DNA of 64,000 nt from an uncultured Actinomycetota bacterium (lineage in GTDB: Bacteria; Actinomycetota; UBA4738; HRBIN12): positions 180,136 to 244,135 of the forward strand of contig CAWJFY010000007.1 of the NCBI GenBank assembly GCA_963842295.1, read 5' to 3'. The first letter of the stretch is position 1; each line of letters starts with the position of its first letter. Both the position numbers and the translations under genes were made by a program. The notes below the pieces were generated by a model. That model ran no database searches. It was not told the origin of the DNA and was given only the letters and a program-made list of their open reading frames with translations. This document shows positions 38,494 through 48,286 of the stretch, one piece after another.

Positions 38494-40074
38494 TCATCGT
38501 GAGCGCCCCGTGTCCTTGCGGATCTGGCGCGCGGCGTTCGCCCCGGGGCCGCCCGTGATCCCTCCACCCGGATGGGCCCCGGAGCCCGCCAGGTAGAGCC
38601 CGTCCAGCACGAAGCGGTAGCGGGCCTCGCCGTTCAACGGTCGCCACGCGAAGTACTGATCGAGGCCCGGCTCGGCGTGCTGGACGTGCCCGCCCGTGAG
38701 CCCGTAGCCGGTCTCCAGGTCTTCCGGCGTGATGACCTGCCGAGCTTCGACCAGCTCCCCCAGGCCGGGTGCGAACCGCTCGAGGGTCTTCACGGTCACG
38801 TCGCCCAGGCGTTCACGCTCCGTGGACCAGTCACCGCCCCGGAGCTCACGGGGCGCGGCTTGGACGAGTGCGCTCATCACGTGCCTGCCCTCGGGAGCGA
38901 GCGACGGATCCGTGAGCGAAGGGATCGTCGCCTCGATCCACGGCTCATCGGCGAAGTGACCGTACTTCCGCGCGTCCGACGCCTTCTCGACGTAGTCGAT
39001 CGAGGGACCGATCACGATCCTCCCTCGCAGCCGCTCCGGGTCGTCGTGGAAGGCTGGGAGGCCGGAGAGCGCCAGGTTCACCTTCGCCGTCGCTCCCGGT
39101 TGCCGGATGTTGCTCGCCCGCCAGATCATCGTCGGTCCGAGCTCGACCGGGTCGCAGAGCGCGAGCGTCCTCTTCGGGTCCGCCGCCGAGACGACGAGTC
39201 CGGCGTCGATCTCTGTGCCGTCGGCGAGGGTCACGCCTCGCACGAGCCCGTCCCTCGACCGGATCCCGGTCACCTCAGCGCCCGTCCGTATCTCGGCTCC
39301 GGCCGCGCTCGCGGCCGACGCGAGGGCGGTCGCGAGCGCCTGCGTGCCGCCGCGAGCGAACACCGCGGTGCCTGCCGCTCCCCCGTCGTTGCCGGCGGAA
39401 TCGTTCAGGAACACCGCTGCCGTGCCGGCCGACCACGGACCGCACGCCGTGAAGAGGATCCCGCGGGTGCAGAGCGGTCCACGGATGGCTTCGTCTTCGA
39501 ACACCTCCTGGACCAGGTCGGCAACCGCCATCGGCATCGCCCGGATCGCTTCGCGCCCGTACTTCGCGCCGAGATCCCTGAACGCCCAACCCACCTTGAG
39601 CCCGGAGATCGCATCCCCGATCGTGGGGGCGCTGATGTCCGGCGGCGTGGCCACGTTGACGTAGGCGAGGAAGGAGGCCACGGCACGGACCTTCCGGTCG
39701 AAGGAGACGAACGCCTCCGCGTCTCCCCGGTTCCGCTCCCGGAGCTCCTCAGCCGTTCGGGCGACGTCGCCCCAGAAGGTGACGGACGATCCGTCGGGTT
39801 GAGGCGCGAACAGCCGCACCGAGGGCGTCAGCAGCTCGAGGCCATGTTTCGCGAGATGGAGGTCGTCGACGATCGAGCTGCGGAGGCGCCCGACGGTGTG
39901 CGCGACCCCGGGTGCGATGAACGCGGGAGCGATCTCGGCGCCACGCAGGATGCCACCGACCTCGTCGGCACGCTCCAGGACCGTCACTCGCCTGCCGTCC
40001 TTGGCGAGATAGGCGGCTGCGATCAGCCCGTTGTGGCCGGCGCCGATCACCGCGACCTCGGATCGCGAGGCCAT
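38494..40074 (-). CDS. FAD-dependent oxidoreductase, phytoene-desaturase (CrtI) family
   Basis: VAVIGAGHNGL, followed by AYLAKDGRRVTVLER. Confidence 0.7.
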   Translation of the reverse strand: MASRSEVAVIGAGHNGLIAAAYLAKDGRRVTVLERADEVGGILRGAEIAPAFIAPGVAHTVGRLRSSIVDDLHLAKHGLELLTPSVRLFAPQPDGSSVTFWGDVARTAEELRERNRGDAEAFVSFDRKVRAVASFLAYVNVATPPDISAPTIGDAISGLKVGWAFRDLGAKYGREAIRAMPMAVADLVQEVFEDEAIRGPLCTRGILFTACGPWSAGTAAVFLNDSAGNDGGAAGTAVFARGGTQALATALASAASAAGAEIRTGAEVTGIRSRDGLVRGVTLADGTEIDAGLVVSAADPKRTLALCDPVELGPTMIWRASNIRQPGATAKVNLALSGLPAFHDDPERLRGRIVIGPSIDYVEKASDARKYGHFADEPWIEATIPSLTDPSLAPEGRHVMSALVQAAPRELRGGDWSTERERLGDVTVKTLERFAPGLGELVEARQVITPEDLETGYGLTGGHVQHAEPGLDQYFAWRPLNGEARYRFVLDGLYLAGSGAHPGGGITGGPGANAARQIRKDTGRSR

Positions 40075-40076
40075 GC

Positions 40077-41690
40077 CTACGCCACCCGCTCGCCGCGTCC
40101 GTGGCCGCGCTTCCGGCTCTTCAACACCTCGAGAGCGGCGATCCGGCCAGGAGCGCCCATGATGCCGCCGCCCGGATGCGTCGCCGACCCGCACATCCAC
40201 AGGTCACGTATCGGTGTGCGGTAGCGGGCCCATCCGGGCACGGGCCGATTGAAGAACAGCTGCTCGAGCGAGAGCTCACCCTGGAAGATGTTCCCTTCGG
40301 TCAGGCCCGTGATGTCCTCGATGTCTTTCGGCGTGATGAACTGCGACCCGACGATGTGCTTGCGGATGGTCGGGAACCGCTCCGAGATCGTCTCGATCAC
40401 GTTCTGCCCGAACGCCTCGCGAGCGGCGTCGTCCCAGACGTCGTTCCCCGCCAGCCGGTAGGGCGCGTACTGCACGAAGCAGCTCATCACGTGCCCGCCG
40501 GGGGGCGCCATCGTAGGGTCCACGAGCGTGGGGATGATCATGTCGATGTAGGGGCGCCGCGAGGGACGGCCGTATTTCGCGTCGTCGTAGGCCCGCTCCA
40601 TGTAATCGAGCGACGGGGAGAACGAGACCGCGCCCCGGAGCCACTCCCCTTTGCCCGGCTTGCACGCGAGCTCTGGGAGGCCGTCGAGCGCGAGGTTCAC
40701 CTTGCCGCTCGAGCCCCGGTACTTGTAGCGGAGCACCTCCTCCTTGAACGCCGGATCGAGGACCCCATCCTCGAGCAGCTTGATGAAGGTCCAGCGGGAG
40801 TCCAGCGAGGAGAGCACGAGGCCTGCCTCGATCTGCTCGCCGGAATCGAGGGTCACGCCGGTCGCGCGGTCGCCGTGAACATCGATCCGCGCCACCGGCG
40901 CCTCGACCCTGATCTCGGCCCCGTTCGCGAGCGCTGCGCTCCCGATCGCGTCGGAGATGCTCCCGGTGCCTCCACGCGGCACCCCCCATGCGCGGAACGC
41001 ACCGTCGATCTCGCCCATGTAGTGGTGGAGCAGGACATACGCGGTGCCGGGCGAGCGCGGACCCTGGAAGGTCCCGATGATCCCGGAGGCGCTCATCGTC
41101 GCCTTCAGCGGCTCCGTCTCGAACCACTGGTCGAGGAAATCCGCCGCGGACATCGTCATAAGCTGGATGAACGTGGTCTGCAGGCGCCTCGGCAGGTCCC
41201 TGAAGGTCTTCGCGAGCGGCGTGAGCGGTAGCCAGTCCCGGATCGACACCTTCCCGGGGTCGGGCGGCACGATCGACAGGATCGGCTTGATGAATCTGGC
41301 CATCTCGGCCATCAGCGGGCCGTACTCCTCGTAGGCCTCGGCGTCGTTCAGCGACCAGCGCCGGAGCTCCCGGACCGTGCGGCCATGATCGTTCACCCGC
41401 CAGAGGTAGTCATCGTCGAGTGGGGTGATCGTCCCGTCCAGGGGCAGGATCTCGAGACCGTGCTTGGGGAGCTCGAGCTCGCGGATGATCTCCGGACGGA
41501 GCAGCGAGACCACATAGGAGAAGACGCTGAAGCGGTACCCGGGCACGATCTCCTCGGACACCGCCGCGCCACCCAACACGTGCCGACGCTCGAGGACGAC
41601 CACCTTCTTGCCGGCCTTCGCGAGGTACGCAGCGGACACGAGACCGTTGTGGCCTCCGCCGATCACGACCGCGTCGTAGCGCTGCGGCAT
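40077..41690 (-). CDS. FAD-dependent oxidoreductase, phytoene-desaturase (CrtI) family (tandem paralogue)
   Basis: AVVIGGGHNGL, followed by AYLAKAGKKVVVLER. 2-nt spacing to the downstream paralogue. Confidence 0.7.
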   Translation of the reverse strand: MPQRYDAVVIGGGHNGLVSAAYLAKAGKKVVVLERRHVLGGAAVSEEIVPGYRFSVFSYVVSLLRPEIIRELELPKHGLEILPLDGTITPLDDDYLWRVNDHGRTVRELRRWSLNDAEAYEEYGPLMAEMARFIKPILSIVPPDPGKVSIRDWLPLTPLAKTFRDLPRRLQTTFIQLMTMSAADFLDQWFETEPLKATMSASGIIGTFQGPRSPGTAYVLLHHYMGEIDGAFRAWGVPRGGTGSISDAIGSAALANGAEIRVEAPVARIDVHGDRATGVTLDSGEQIEAGLVLSSLDSRWTFIKLLEDGVLDPAFKEEVLRYKYRGSSGKVNLALDGLPELACKPGKGEWLRGAVSFSPSLDYMERAYDDAKYGRPSRRPYIDMIIPTLVDPTMAPPGGHVMSCFVQYAPYRLAGNDVWDDAAREAFGQNVIETISERFPTIRKHIVGSQFITPKDIEDITGLTEGNIFQGELSLEQLFFNRPVPGWARYRTPIRDLWMCGSATHPGGGIMGAPGRIAALEVLKSRKRGHGRGERVA

Positions 41691-41836
41691 CGCTCTCTTC
41701 CTCTTTGCGCTGGTCCTTGGGCTCGTCGAAGGAGGCTATCCGAACGCCCGCGGGCGCACGGTCGCCGATGCTAGCCCCGGGCATCTGAACGCACCAACGG
41801 GCGTCTGACCAGTAGTCAGATCCTCGGAGCACTCCG

Positions 41837-43060
41837 GTGAGGTCGCCGACGATACCCTTGGCGTTGATGAGTGTGGGTACCGCGTTCTTCGAGCGCCAGC
41901 GGGCATTGAACACGAAGCTCTCCTGGGGCGAGTGGTCCGGGTACCACGCCGCGGCGGTGTTCGCCGATCTCGTCGACATCGAGTACAACGCGATCCGCGA
42001 GGCCGCGGCCGTGATCGACGTGACGCCGCTCTACAAGTACGAGGTGAGAGGCACCGACGCCGGAACCCTCCTCGACCGCGTGGTCACGCGTGACATCTCG
42101 AAGGTCGCGATCGACCAGGTGATCTACACGCCCTGGTGCGACGAGGAAGGCAAGGTCATCGACGACGGGACGGTGACCCGTCTCGACGAAGACCGCTTCC
42201 GCGTCACCGCCGCCGATCCGTCGTACCGCTGGTTCTCCCAGAACGCGACCGGGCTGGACGTCGGGATCGATGACATCTCAGAGCAGACGGCAGGACTTGC
42301 CCTGCAGGGGCGCCTGTCCCGGCACGTGCTGGAACGGGCGACCGGTGAGGACTGGTTCGACCTCCGCTACTTCCGTCGCCGACCGACCACGATCGAGGGC
42401 GTCGAGGTGGACGTGACCCGGACCGGCTACACCGGGGATCTCGGCTACGAGCTCTGGATCCCGGTGGAGGGAGCCCTCGCGGTCTGGGACCGTCTCTTCG
42501 ACGTCGGCGCCGACTACGGCATCCGGCCGGCAGGGATCCAGGCCTTGGACATCTGCCGTCTCGAAGCCAGCTTGATCCTGATCGAGGCGGAGTACACCAG
42601 CGCCCGTCACGCGTTCGCCCCTGAGCTCAAGTACTCGCCCTTCGAGATCGGACTGGGGCGTCTCGTGAAGTTCGACAAGGCGGCCGAGTTCACCGGCGAG
42701 CGAGCGCTGCTCTCCGAGCGCGAAGCCGGCGGACCCGATCGGCGGCTCGTGGGCCTTGAGCTGGATTGGGTCGCGATCGAGGCGATGTACGCACGCCACG
42801 GCCTGGCCCCGCAGATCTCGCCGCTCGTGCACCGCGCGCCGGTTCCGGTGTACCGGGAGGGTGCCAAGGTGGGGCGGGCAACCTCCGTGGGGTGGGGGCC
42901 GACGATCAAGAAGATGGTCGGCTTCGGCTCGGTGGACAAGGGGCTCACGAAGCTCGGCACGCGACTCTCCGTCGAATGGACCGTTGAGGGCGAGCGCGGG
43001 AAGGTCGGCGCCAGCGTCGTGCCCATGCCCTTCCTCGACCTCGATCGGAAACGCTCCTAG
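41837..43060 (+). CDS. Aminomethyltransferase-family (GcvT-like) folate-binding protein
   Basis: GCV_T-like layout, with TRTGYTGDLGYELW and the C-terminal barrel region. Confidence 0.6.
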   Translation: MRSPTIPLALMSVGTAFFERQRALNTKLSWGEWSGYHAAAVFADLVDIEYNAIREAAAVIDVTPLYKYEVRGTDAGTLLDRVVTRDISKVAIDQVIYTPWCDEEGKVIDDGTVTRLDEDRFRVTAADPSYRWFSQNATGLDVGIDDISEQTAGLALQGRLSRHVLERATGEDWFDLRYFRRRPTTIEGVEVDVTRTGYTGDLGYELWIPVEGALAVWDRLFDVGADYGIRPAGIQALDICRLEASLILIEAEYTSARHAFAPELKYSPFEIGLGRLVKFDKAAEFTGERALLSEREAGGPDRRLVGLELDWVAIEAMYARHGLAPQISPLVHRAPVPVYREGAKVGRATSVGWGPTIKKMVGFGSVDKGLTKLGTRLSVEWTVEGERGKVGASVVPMPFLDLDRKRS

Positions 43061-43093
43061 CTCCGCTCGCCATTCGTACGAGAAACTGGTGTC

Positions 43094-44998
43094 GTGATGT
43101 CAGGTCGAGCCACGATCGTGCTGGCGCTTGTGCTGCTCGCAGCACTGGTAGGGCTCGCGGTGGGGTTGGCCGGCAGCGCCCTTCTCGGCGTCGTCACGGG
43201 CCTCGTGTGCCTGGTGATCGGCCTCGCCGCCACCTGGTCGGTGCAGCGGATGTCAGCGCCCACGGACCCGTCGCGGCGGCGGCTCCTGGCGCTCGCAGCG
43301 GTGCTCGGGACCGCCGCCGCGACGGGAGGCGCCGCCCTCGGGAGGACGATCAGGCGGGTCACGCGGCCCGACCCCCGACCGATCCAGGAAGCGATGGCCC
43401 GAGACCTCGGCGCGGAGTACATGGAGTTGGTCGCACGCGCGTACCACCCAGCCAGGAGCGGCGACCTGCAGCTCCTGGTCGCTCCGTACAACAGCGCGAA
43501 CTATCCGCAGGAGTCGCGGTCGCTGGTCCCGCGCGATCCCAGGACGAGCCACGCGAGCGTCTGGATGTACCTCGAACGGATCCCGCTCGTCGTCTATGGG
43601 GCCGGGGTCTCGCCCTTCGACTCCGAAGATCGGGTCTCCCTCGCCGACGTCGCCCCGACGATCGCCGAGCTGATCGGGTTCGAGGACTTCCAGGACCTGG
43701 GGCGTGACGGTCGCCCCCTGCCGGGGATCACACGACCGGCGGACCAGCCGGAGATCGTCGTCACGTTCGTGATCGACGGCGGCGGATGGAACGTTCTCCA
43801 AGAGTTCCCCGACACGTGGCCCAACCTCAAGCGCCTGATGCGGGAAGGCGCCACCTTCCGCGACGCGATCCACGGTTCGTTCCCGGCCGTCACGGCCTCG
43901 GCTCACGCCACGATCGGCACCGGCGCGTTCCCTCGGACGCACGGCATCACCGGCCACAACCTCCGCGACGGGACGAAGGTCCGGAAGGCGTATGGCGAGC
44001 CGGGGCGGGCGGAGCCCGGCGACATCCTCGTGCCTACGCTCGCGGACCTGTGGAGCGACGCCACCGACAACGGGGCGTGGGTAGGCGAGCTCGGCTACCA
44101 GATCTGGCATCTCGGGATGTTGGGACGCGGAGGGTCACGTCGAGGTGACGTGCGTCCGGTCGCCATCTATTGGGACGAAACCGGTGACCCGCAGGACTGG
44201 CGGACCCTCAACGAGGAGCTCTTCCGCCTGCCGACCGGGATGCCGTCTCTCGAAACGTTCGCGGGGTATCGCGACGCCTACACGCCGAATCCCGACCGCA
44301 ACCCGGACTTCGATCCCGTCAAGCCGAAGAACCTCCACTGCTGCAGCACGCCCGTGATCCGCTATCAGGGCGACGTGATCGAGACGACGCTCGCGAACGA
44401 GCCGGTCGGTTCGTCGGAGACGCCCGGACTCCTGTTCATCAACTTCAAGTCGCCCGACTACACCGGCCACGTCTACGGGATGTTCGACCCGATGACCGGC
44501 GACGCCCTCCGCGACGTCGACGAGCAGCTCGGGCGACTCGTGAAACAGCTGGACGCTCTCTACCCCGGTCGGTACGCGCTGATCGTGACGGCCGATCACG
44601 GTCAGTGCCCGCTCCCCGATGCCGCCGGCGGCGTGCGACTCGACCCGATCCAGCTCTGGGACGACCTCGAGCGCGAGTTCGGCGGAGGTCTTTTCAGCCT
44701 CGTCCAGAACGTCGTGCCGTCGGAGGTCTACGTGCACAGGGACGTGCTGTGGGACACCGGCGCGACGCGCGAGGACATGGCCTCGTTCCTCCGCGACTAT
44801 CCCTACCGGCGGAACATCGGCCCGTACGTACCGCGGGACGTGATCGAGCAGGAACTGCTGGATAGACAACAGTTCGCGGCGGTGTTCGCGACCTCGTTCC
44901 TCGACACGCTCGCCGGCCGCGACCTCGGCGCCGATTTCGGGCCTGGCATCTATCCGGACGCCGATCCGTCCGGCATCCCTCCACCCGTCGCCGGATGA
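43094..44998 (+). CDS. Membrane-anchored alkaline-phosphatase-superfamily phosphoesterase (NPP/type I phosphodiesterase-like)
   Basis: Two N-terminal TM helices, then TFVIDGGGWNV and TADHGQ (metal-ligand motifs of the AP superfamily). Confidence 0.6.
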   Translation: MMSGRATIVLALVLLAALVGLAVGLAGSALLGVVTGLVCLVIGLAATWSVQRMSAPTDPSRRRLLALAAVLGTAAATGGAALGRTIRRVTRPDPRPIQEAMARDLGAEYMELVARAYHPARSGDLQLLVAPYNSANYPQESRSLVPRDPRTSHASVWMYLERIPLVVYGAGVSPFDSEDRVSLADVAPTIAELIGFEDFQDLGRDGRPLPGITRPADQPEIVVTFVIDGGGWNVLQEFPDTWPNLKRLMREGATFRDAIHGSFPAVTASAHATIGTGAFPRTHGITGHNLRDGTKVRKAYGEPGRAEPGDILVPTLADLWSDATDNGAWVGELGYQIWHLGMLGRGGSRRGDVRPVAIYWDETGDPQDWRTLNEELFRLPTGMPSLETFAGYRDAYTPNPDRNPDFDPVKPKNLHCCSTPVIRYQGDVIETTLANEPVGSSETPGLLFINFKSPDYTGHVYGMFDPMTGDALRDVDEQLGRLVKQLDALYPGRYALIVTADHGQCPLPDAAGGVRLDPIQLWDDLEREFGGGLFSLVQNVVPSEVYVHRDVLWDTGATREDMASFLRDYPYRRNIGPYVPRDVIEQELLDRQQFAAVFATSFLDTLAGRDLGADFGPGIYPDADPSGIPPPVAG

Positions 44999-46245
44999 AG
45001 CTGGAGCTCGAGCCGGGCGACCGCGCGGTCCTAGGCGGCGAACGTGGAGAGGGCGCGGCGCTCGCCATGAGGCTCATCGTGAAGATGGCCGAGGTAGCGC
45101 GAGCGCCGCGCTTGCGGGACGTGACCCGAGCGCACATCGACTCCTGCCTGTACCACGGGCAGGCCGGGCTGGACTTCGCCGAGCGGCTCCTCGCGGGCGG
45201 GGCGACCGTCGCGATCCCCGCGACCCTGAACGTGAGCTCGCTGGACCTGCTCCATCCGGAGCTCGTGCGCCTCGACGACGAGACCCGAGACCGAGCGAAA
45301 CGTCTGATGGACGTGTACGTGCGGATGGGATGCAGGCCCACCTGGACCTGCGCGCCTTACCAGCTCCCGGATCGGCCCTTCTTCGGGGAACACGTCGCGT
45401 GGGCCGAGTCGAATGCGATCGTGTTCGCCAACTCGGTCCTGGGCGCGAGGACGAACCGCTACGGCGACTTCTTCGATATCTGCGCGGCGATCACCGGCCG
45501 GGTGCCGAACTCCGGCCTGCATACCGACGAAGGCCGTCGCGCCGGCGTGCTGTTCCGCTTGCACGGCGTCCGAGAAGGGCTGCTCGACCACGATCTTCTA
45601 TATCCGGTGCTCGGACATCTCCTCGGACTGCGGGGTGGCCGCGAGGTGATCGCCGTCGAGGGCCTCCCGCAGGACACCTCGGAAGATCGACTCAAGGCGG
45701 TGGGTGCGGCAGCGGCGAGCTCCGGAGCGGTCGCCCTGTTCCACGCGATCGGGGTGACACCCGAAGCGAAGAACGGAACCGACGTGTGCTCAGCGGATGT
45801 CCGCGAGGAAGCGATCGGCTCGGCTGATCTCCGCGCCGCGCGGGACGAGCTTTCACCGGTCGGAGAGGGCGCGGAGATCGGCGCCGTCAGCGTGGGGACG
45901 CCGCACGCCTCGGAGGCGGAGCTGCGACGGTTGGCCAACCTGGTGCGGGGCGACCGCCCGCGCATCCCGTTCTACGTGAACACGGGCCGCGCACAGCTCG
46001 CCGGCGTCGGCTCGGTCGCGGACGACCTCGCCGACGCCGGCGTCACGATCGTCACCGACACCTGCACGTACATCACGCCCGTGATCGACGATCTGTCCGG
46101 TCCCGTGATGACCGACTCAGGGAAGTGGGCGTGGTACGCACCGAGCAACCTCGCCTTCGAGGTGGCGCTCGGAAGCGTCGAGGAGTGCGTCCGGTCGGCC
46201 GCCGCCGGCCGCGTGGTCCGCGATGAGACGATCTGGGGCCCCTGA
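44995..46245 (+). CDS. Aconitase X catalytic subunit (AcnX / DUF521 family dehydratase)
   Basis: The architecture matches AcnX-type hydroxy-acid dehydratases. ATGA overlap with the upstream gene. Confidence 0.7.
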   Translation: MKLELEPGDRAVLGGERGEGAALAMRLIVKMAEVARAPRLRDVTRAHIDSCLYHGQAGLDFAERLLAGGATVAIPATLNVSSLDLLHPELVRLDDETRDRAKRLMDVYVRMGCRPTWTCAPYQLPDRPFFGEHVAWAESNAIVFANSVLGARTNRYGDFFDICAAITGRVPNSGLHTDEGRRAGVLFRLHGVREGLLDHDLLYPVLGHLLGLRGGREVIAVEGLPQDTSEDRLKAVGAAAASSGAVALFHAIGVTPEAKNGTDVCSADVREEAIGSADLRAARDELSPVGEGAEIGAVSVGTPHASEAELRRLANLVRGDRPRIPFYVNTGRAQLAGVGSVADDLADAGVTIVTDTCTYITPVIDDLSGPVMTDSGKWAWYAPSNLAFEVALGSVEECVRSAAAGRVVRDETIWGP

Positions 46246-46628
46246 TGGAAGGTCGGATCCTCGTCGAGGGTCAAGCAACGGGCCCCGCACTCGTGCTCGC
46301 CGAGCCGATCAGCTTCTGGGGCGGGCTCGACCCGGCGACCGGCGAGATCGTCGAGGCGAACCATCCTCAACGGGGCTCGGTCGTGACGGGGACGATCCTC
46401 GTCATGCCGTCCGGACGCGGCTCCTCCTCCAGCGCGACCGTGCTCGCCGAAGCGATCCGCACCGGGAAAGGCCCGGCCGGGATCGTCCTCGGCGAGCCCG
46501 ACGACATCATCGTGATCGGCGCCCTCGTCGCGACGGAGCTCTACGGCGTCGCCATCCCGGTGATCGTCGCTTCCGCCGCCGCCTTCCACGCGATCCGGAA
46601 CGGCGAAGCGCTCTCGCTCATCCCCTAG
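46245..46628 (+). CDS. Aconitase X swivel-domain subunit (DUF126)
   Basis: 127 aa with VMPSGRGSSS...IVLGEPDDIIV. Its start overlaps the large-subunit stop by 1 nt. Confidence 0.65.
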   Translation: MEGRILVEGQATGPALVLAEPISFWGGLDPATGEIVEANHPQRGSVVTGTILVMPSGRGSSSSATVLAEAIRTGKGPAGIVLGEPDDIIVIGALVATELYGVAIPVIVASAAAFHAIRNGEALSLIP

Positions 46629-47797
46629 CGCCAGACGGACGGAAGATCGGGCAGCACGATGTCCTCGGCACCGAGCCACGCCGCGAGCTCGCTGATCTGC
46701 TTCCCGATGGCCGGCCAGGCGTCCGCGGGCGCATCAGGTTCGGCGTAGACCCCGTCGATCCTGAGGACGTTCGCCGCCCGGTCGAAGTGGGGGTCGAGCC
46801 GTCCCACGACCCGATCGCCGTGCAGGATCGGCATCACGAAGTATCCGAACTCACGTTTGTCCTTCGGGACGTAGATCTCGAGTCGGAACCGGAAGTCGAA
46901 GAGCTCCTCCGTCCGGATCCGGTCATGGATCAACCGATCGAACGGTGACAGGAGCACGGTCCGCGGCCGGAACGACCGCTCCAGCACGTCTGCGTGGGCC
47001 CATCGCTCGCCGGGGATCCCTTCCACCCGCACCCGTACCGCGCGCCCGCCGCGCTCGAGTCCTGCCAGCGCCCGTTCCCATCCCGGCGGCCGGCTGCCTT
47101 CGAACGTCTTCCCGAACGCAGTGAGCTTGGCGATGCCGAGGGCTCGGAGCTGCGTTTCGAGCAGGCGTCGAGCCTCTTCGCCCGGAGTCAGGCGCGATTC
47201 GTCGAGAGGTAGACGCCGCGCGGCGAGATCCCACACGCGCTCCTGCCCGGCGCGTCCTGCGATCATCACCTCGCCCTTGGCCCACAACACCTCGAGCATC
47301 ATCGAGGTGTTCCTCCCGTCGTCATTCCATCCGCCCGTGCGCCAACCGACGGCGGAGCGATCCTCGAACGCCCGGGTCTGAAGCGGTCCCTCGGCGCGCA
47401 ACCTGGCCAGGATGTACCGGCGGAACGCCTGGTTCTCTCGGAGGTAGCGCCGCACGTACTCGCGCCGGCCGCCCGTCCCGCTCGGGTACCGCCGCATCGT
47501 CTGTCGGTGGACCGGATACTGCGACGTCGGCAAGATGAACGCCCGGTACTCGAACAGCGACCGGTCCCGCCAGAGGAGACGCTCCAGCTCGGCGACGCGG
47601 AACCTCCGCCCCAACCGGGACCACAGGACGAGGTGCTCCGTCCGCGCGACCCTCCGGGTGGGATCCATCTGCACGCTGCCGAGCCCTTCGACGACCTCGA
47701 GGATCGATCGGGGTCGAGGTGAGGAGAGCATCTGGGCTGCGACCGCGACTTGCCGCGCCCGCCGAAGCGAGATCGACCGAGGTTCCGCTGAGTTCAC
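46625..47797 (-). CDS. Winged-helix DNA glycosylase, AlkZ/YcaQ-like (DUF1006)
   Basis: About 390 aa with the conserved DUF1006 architecture. GTG start in a GTGA overlap with the cupin stop. Confidence 0.6.
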   Translation of the reverse strand: MNSAEPRSISLRRARQVAVAAQMLSSPRPRSILEVVEGLGSVQMDPTRRVARTEHLVLWSRLGRRFRVAELERLLWRDRSLFEYRAFILPTSQYPVHRQTMRRYPSGTGGRREYVRRYLRENQAFRRYILARLRAEGPLQTRAFEDRSAVGWRTGGWNDDGRNTSMMLEVLWAKGEVMIAGRAGQERVWDLAARRLPLDESRLTPGEEARRLLETQLRALGIAKLTAFGKTFEGSRPPGWERALAGLERGGRAVRVRVEGIPGERWAHADVLERSFRPRTVLLSPFDRLIHDRIRTEELFDFRFRLEIYVPKDKREFGYFVMPILHGDRVVGRLDPHFDRAANVLRIDGVYAEPDAPADAWPAIGKQISELAAWLGAEDIVLPDLPSVWR

Positions 47798-48190
47798 TCG
47801 GCGTGCTCGGCCGCCTCGGCGTCCGCTTTCGTGTGATGGACGATGCCGTCGGGGTGTTCCGGGGGAGCGTAGAGCGAGTAGAGCTTGAGCTCACCCGATC
47901 CCGTGTTGATCACGTTGTGCCAGATGCCGGCCGGGATCACGACGGCCCAGTCATCGGAGAGGTCGTGCGCCTCATCGACCCCGTCTTCGTCCCGCCCGAA
48001 CTCGACGCGGGCCTGTCCCTCCTCGATCCGGATGAACTGGTCTCGGTCGGGATGGACCTCCTTGCCGATGTCCTCGCCGGGTGCGAGAGCGCATCACGGT
48101 GAGCTGGGAATGTGCGCCGGTGAAGAGCACGGTGCGGAACGTCTCATTCTCGAGCGTCAGGTGTTCGATGTCTCCGACCCAACCGATCAT
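47794..48190 (-). pseudogene. Cupin-domain protein, frameshifted near 48088-48092
   Basis: N-terminal MIGWVGDIEHLTLENETFRTVLFTGAHSQLTVM is in one frame. The rest (APGEDIGKEVHPDRDQFIRIEEGQARVEF...VIPAGIWHNVINTG...LYAPPEH) is in the +1 frame. Confidence 0.55.
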
Positions 48191-48286
48191 CGACGACTCC
48201 TCGCAGGAGGATGTCCCGCGAGCCTCGCGAACGAGGGCCCTCCCGAGGGGAGGGCCTTCGCGCGACTTGCGGCAGGACGCGGATCG

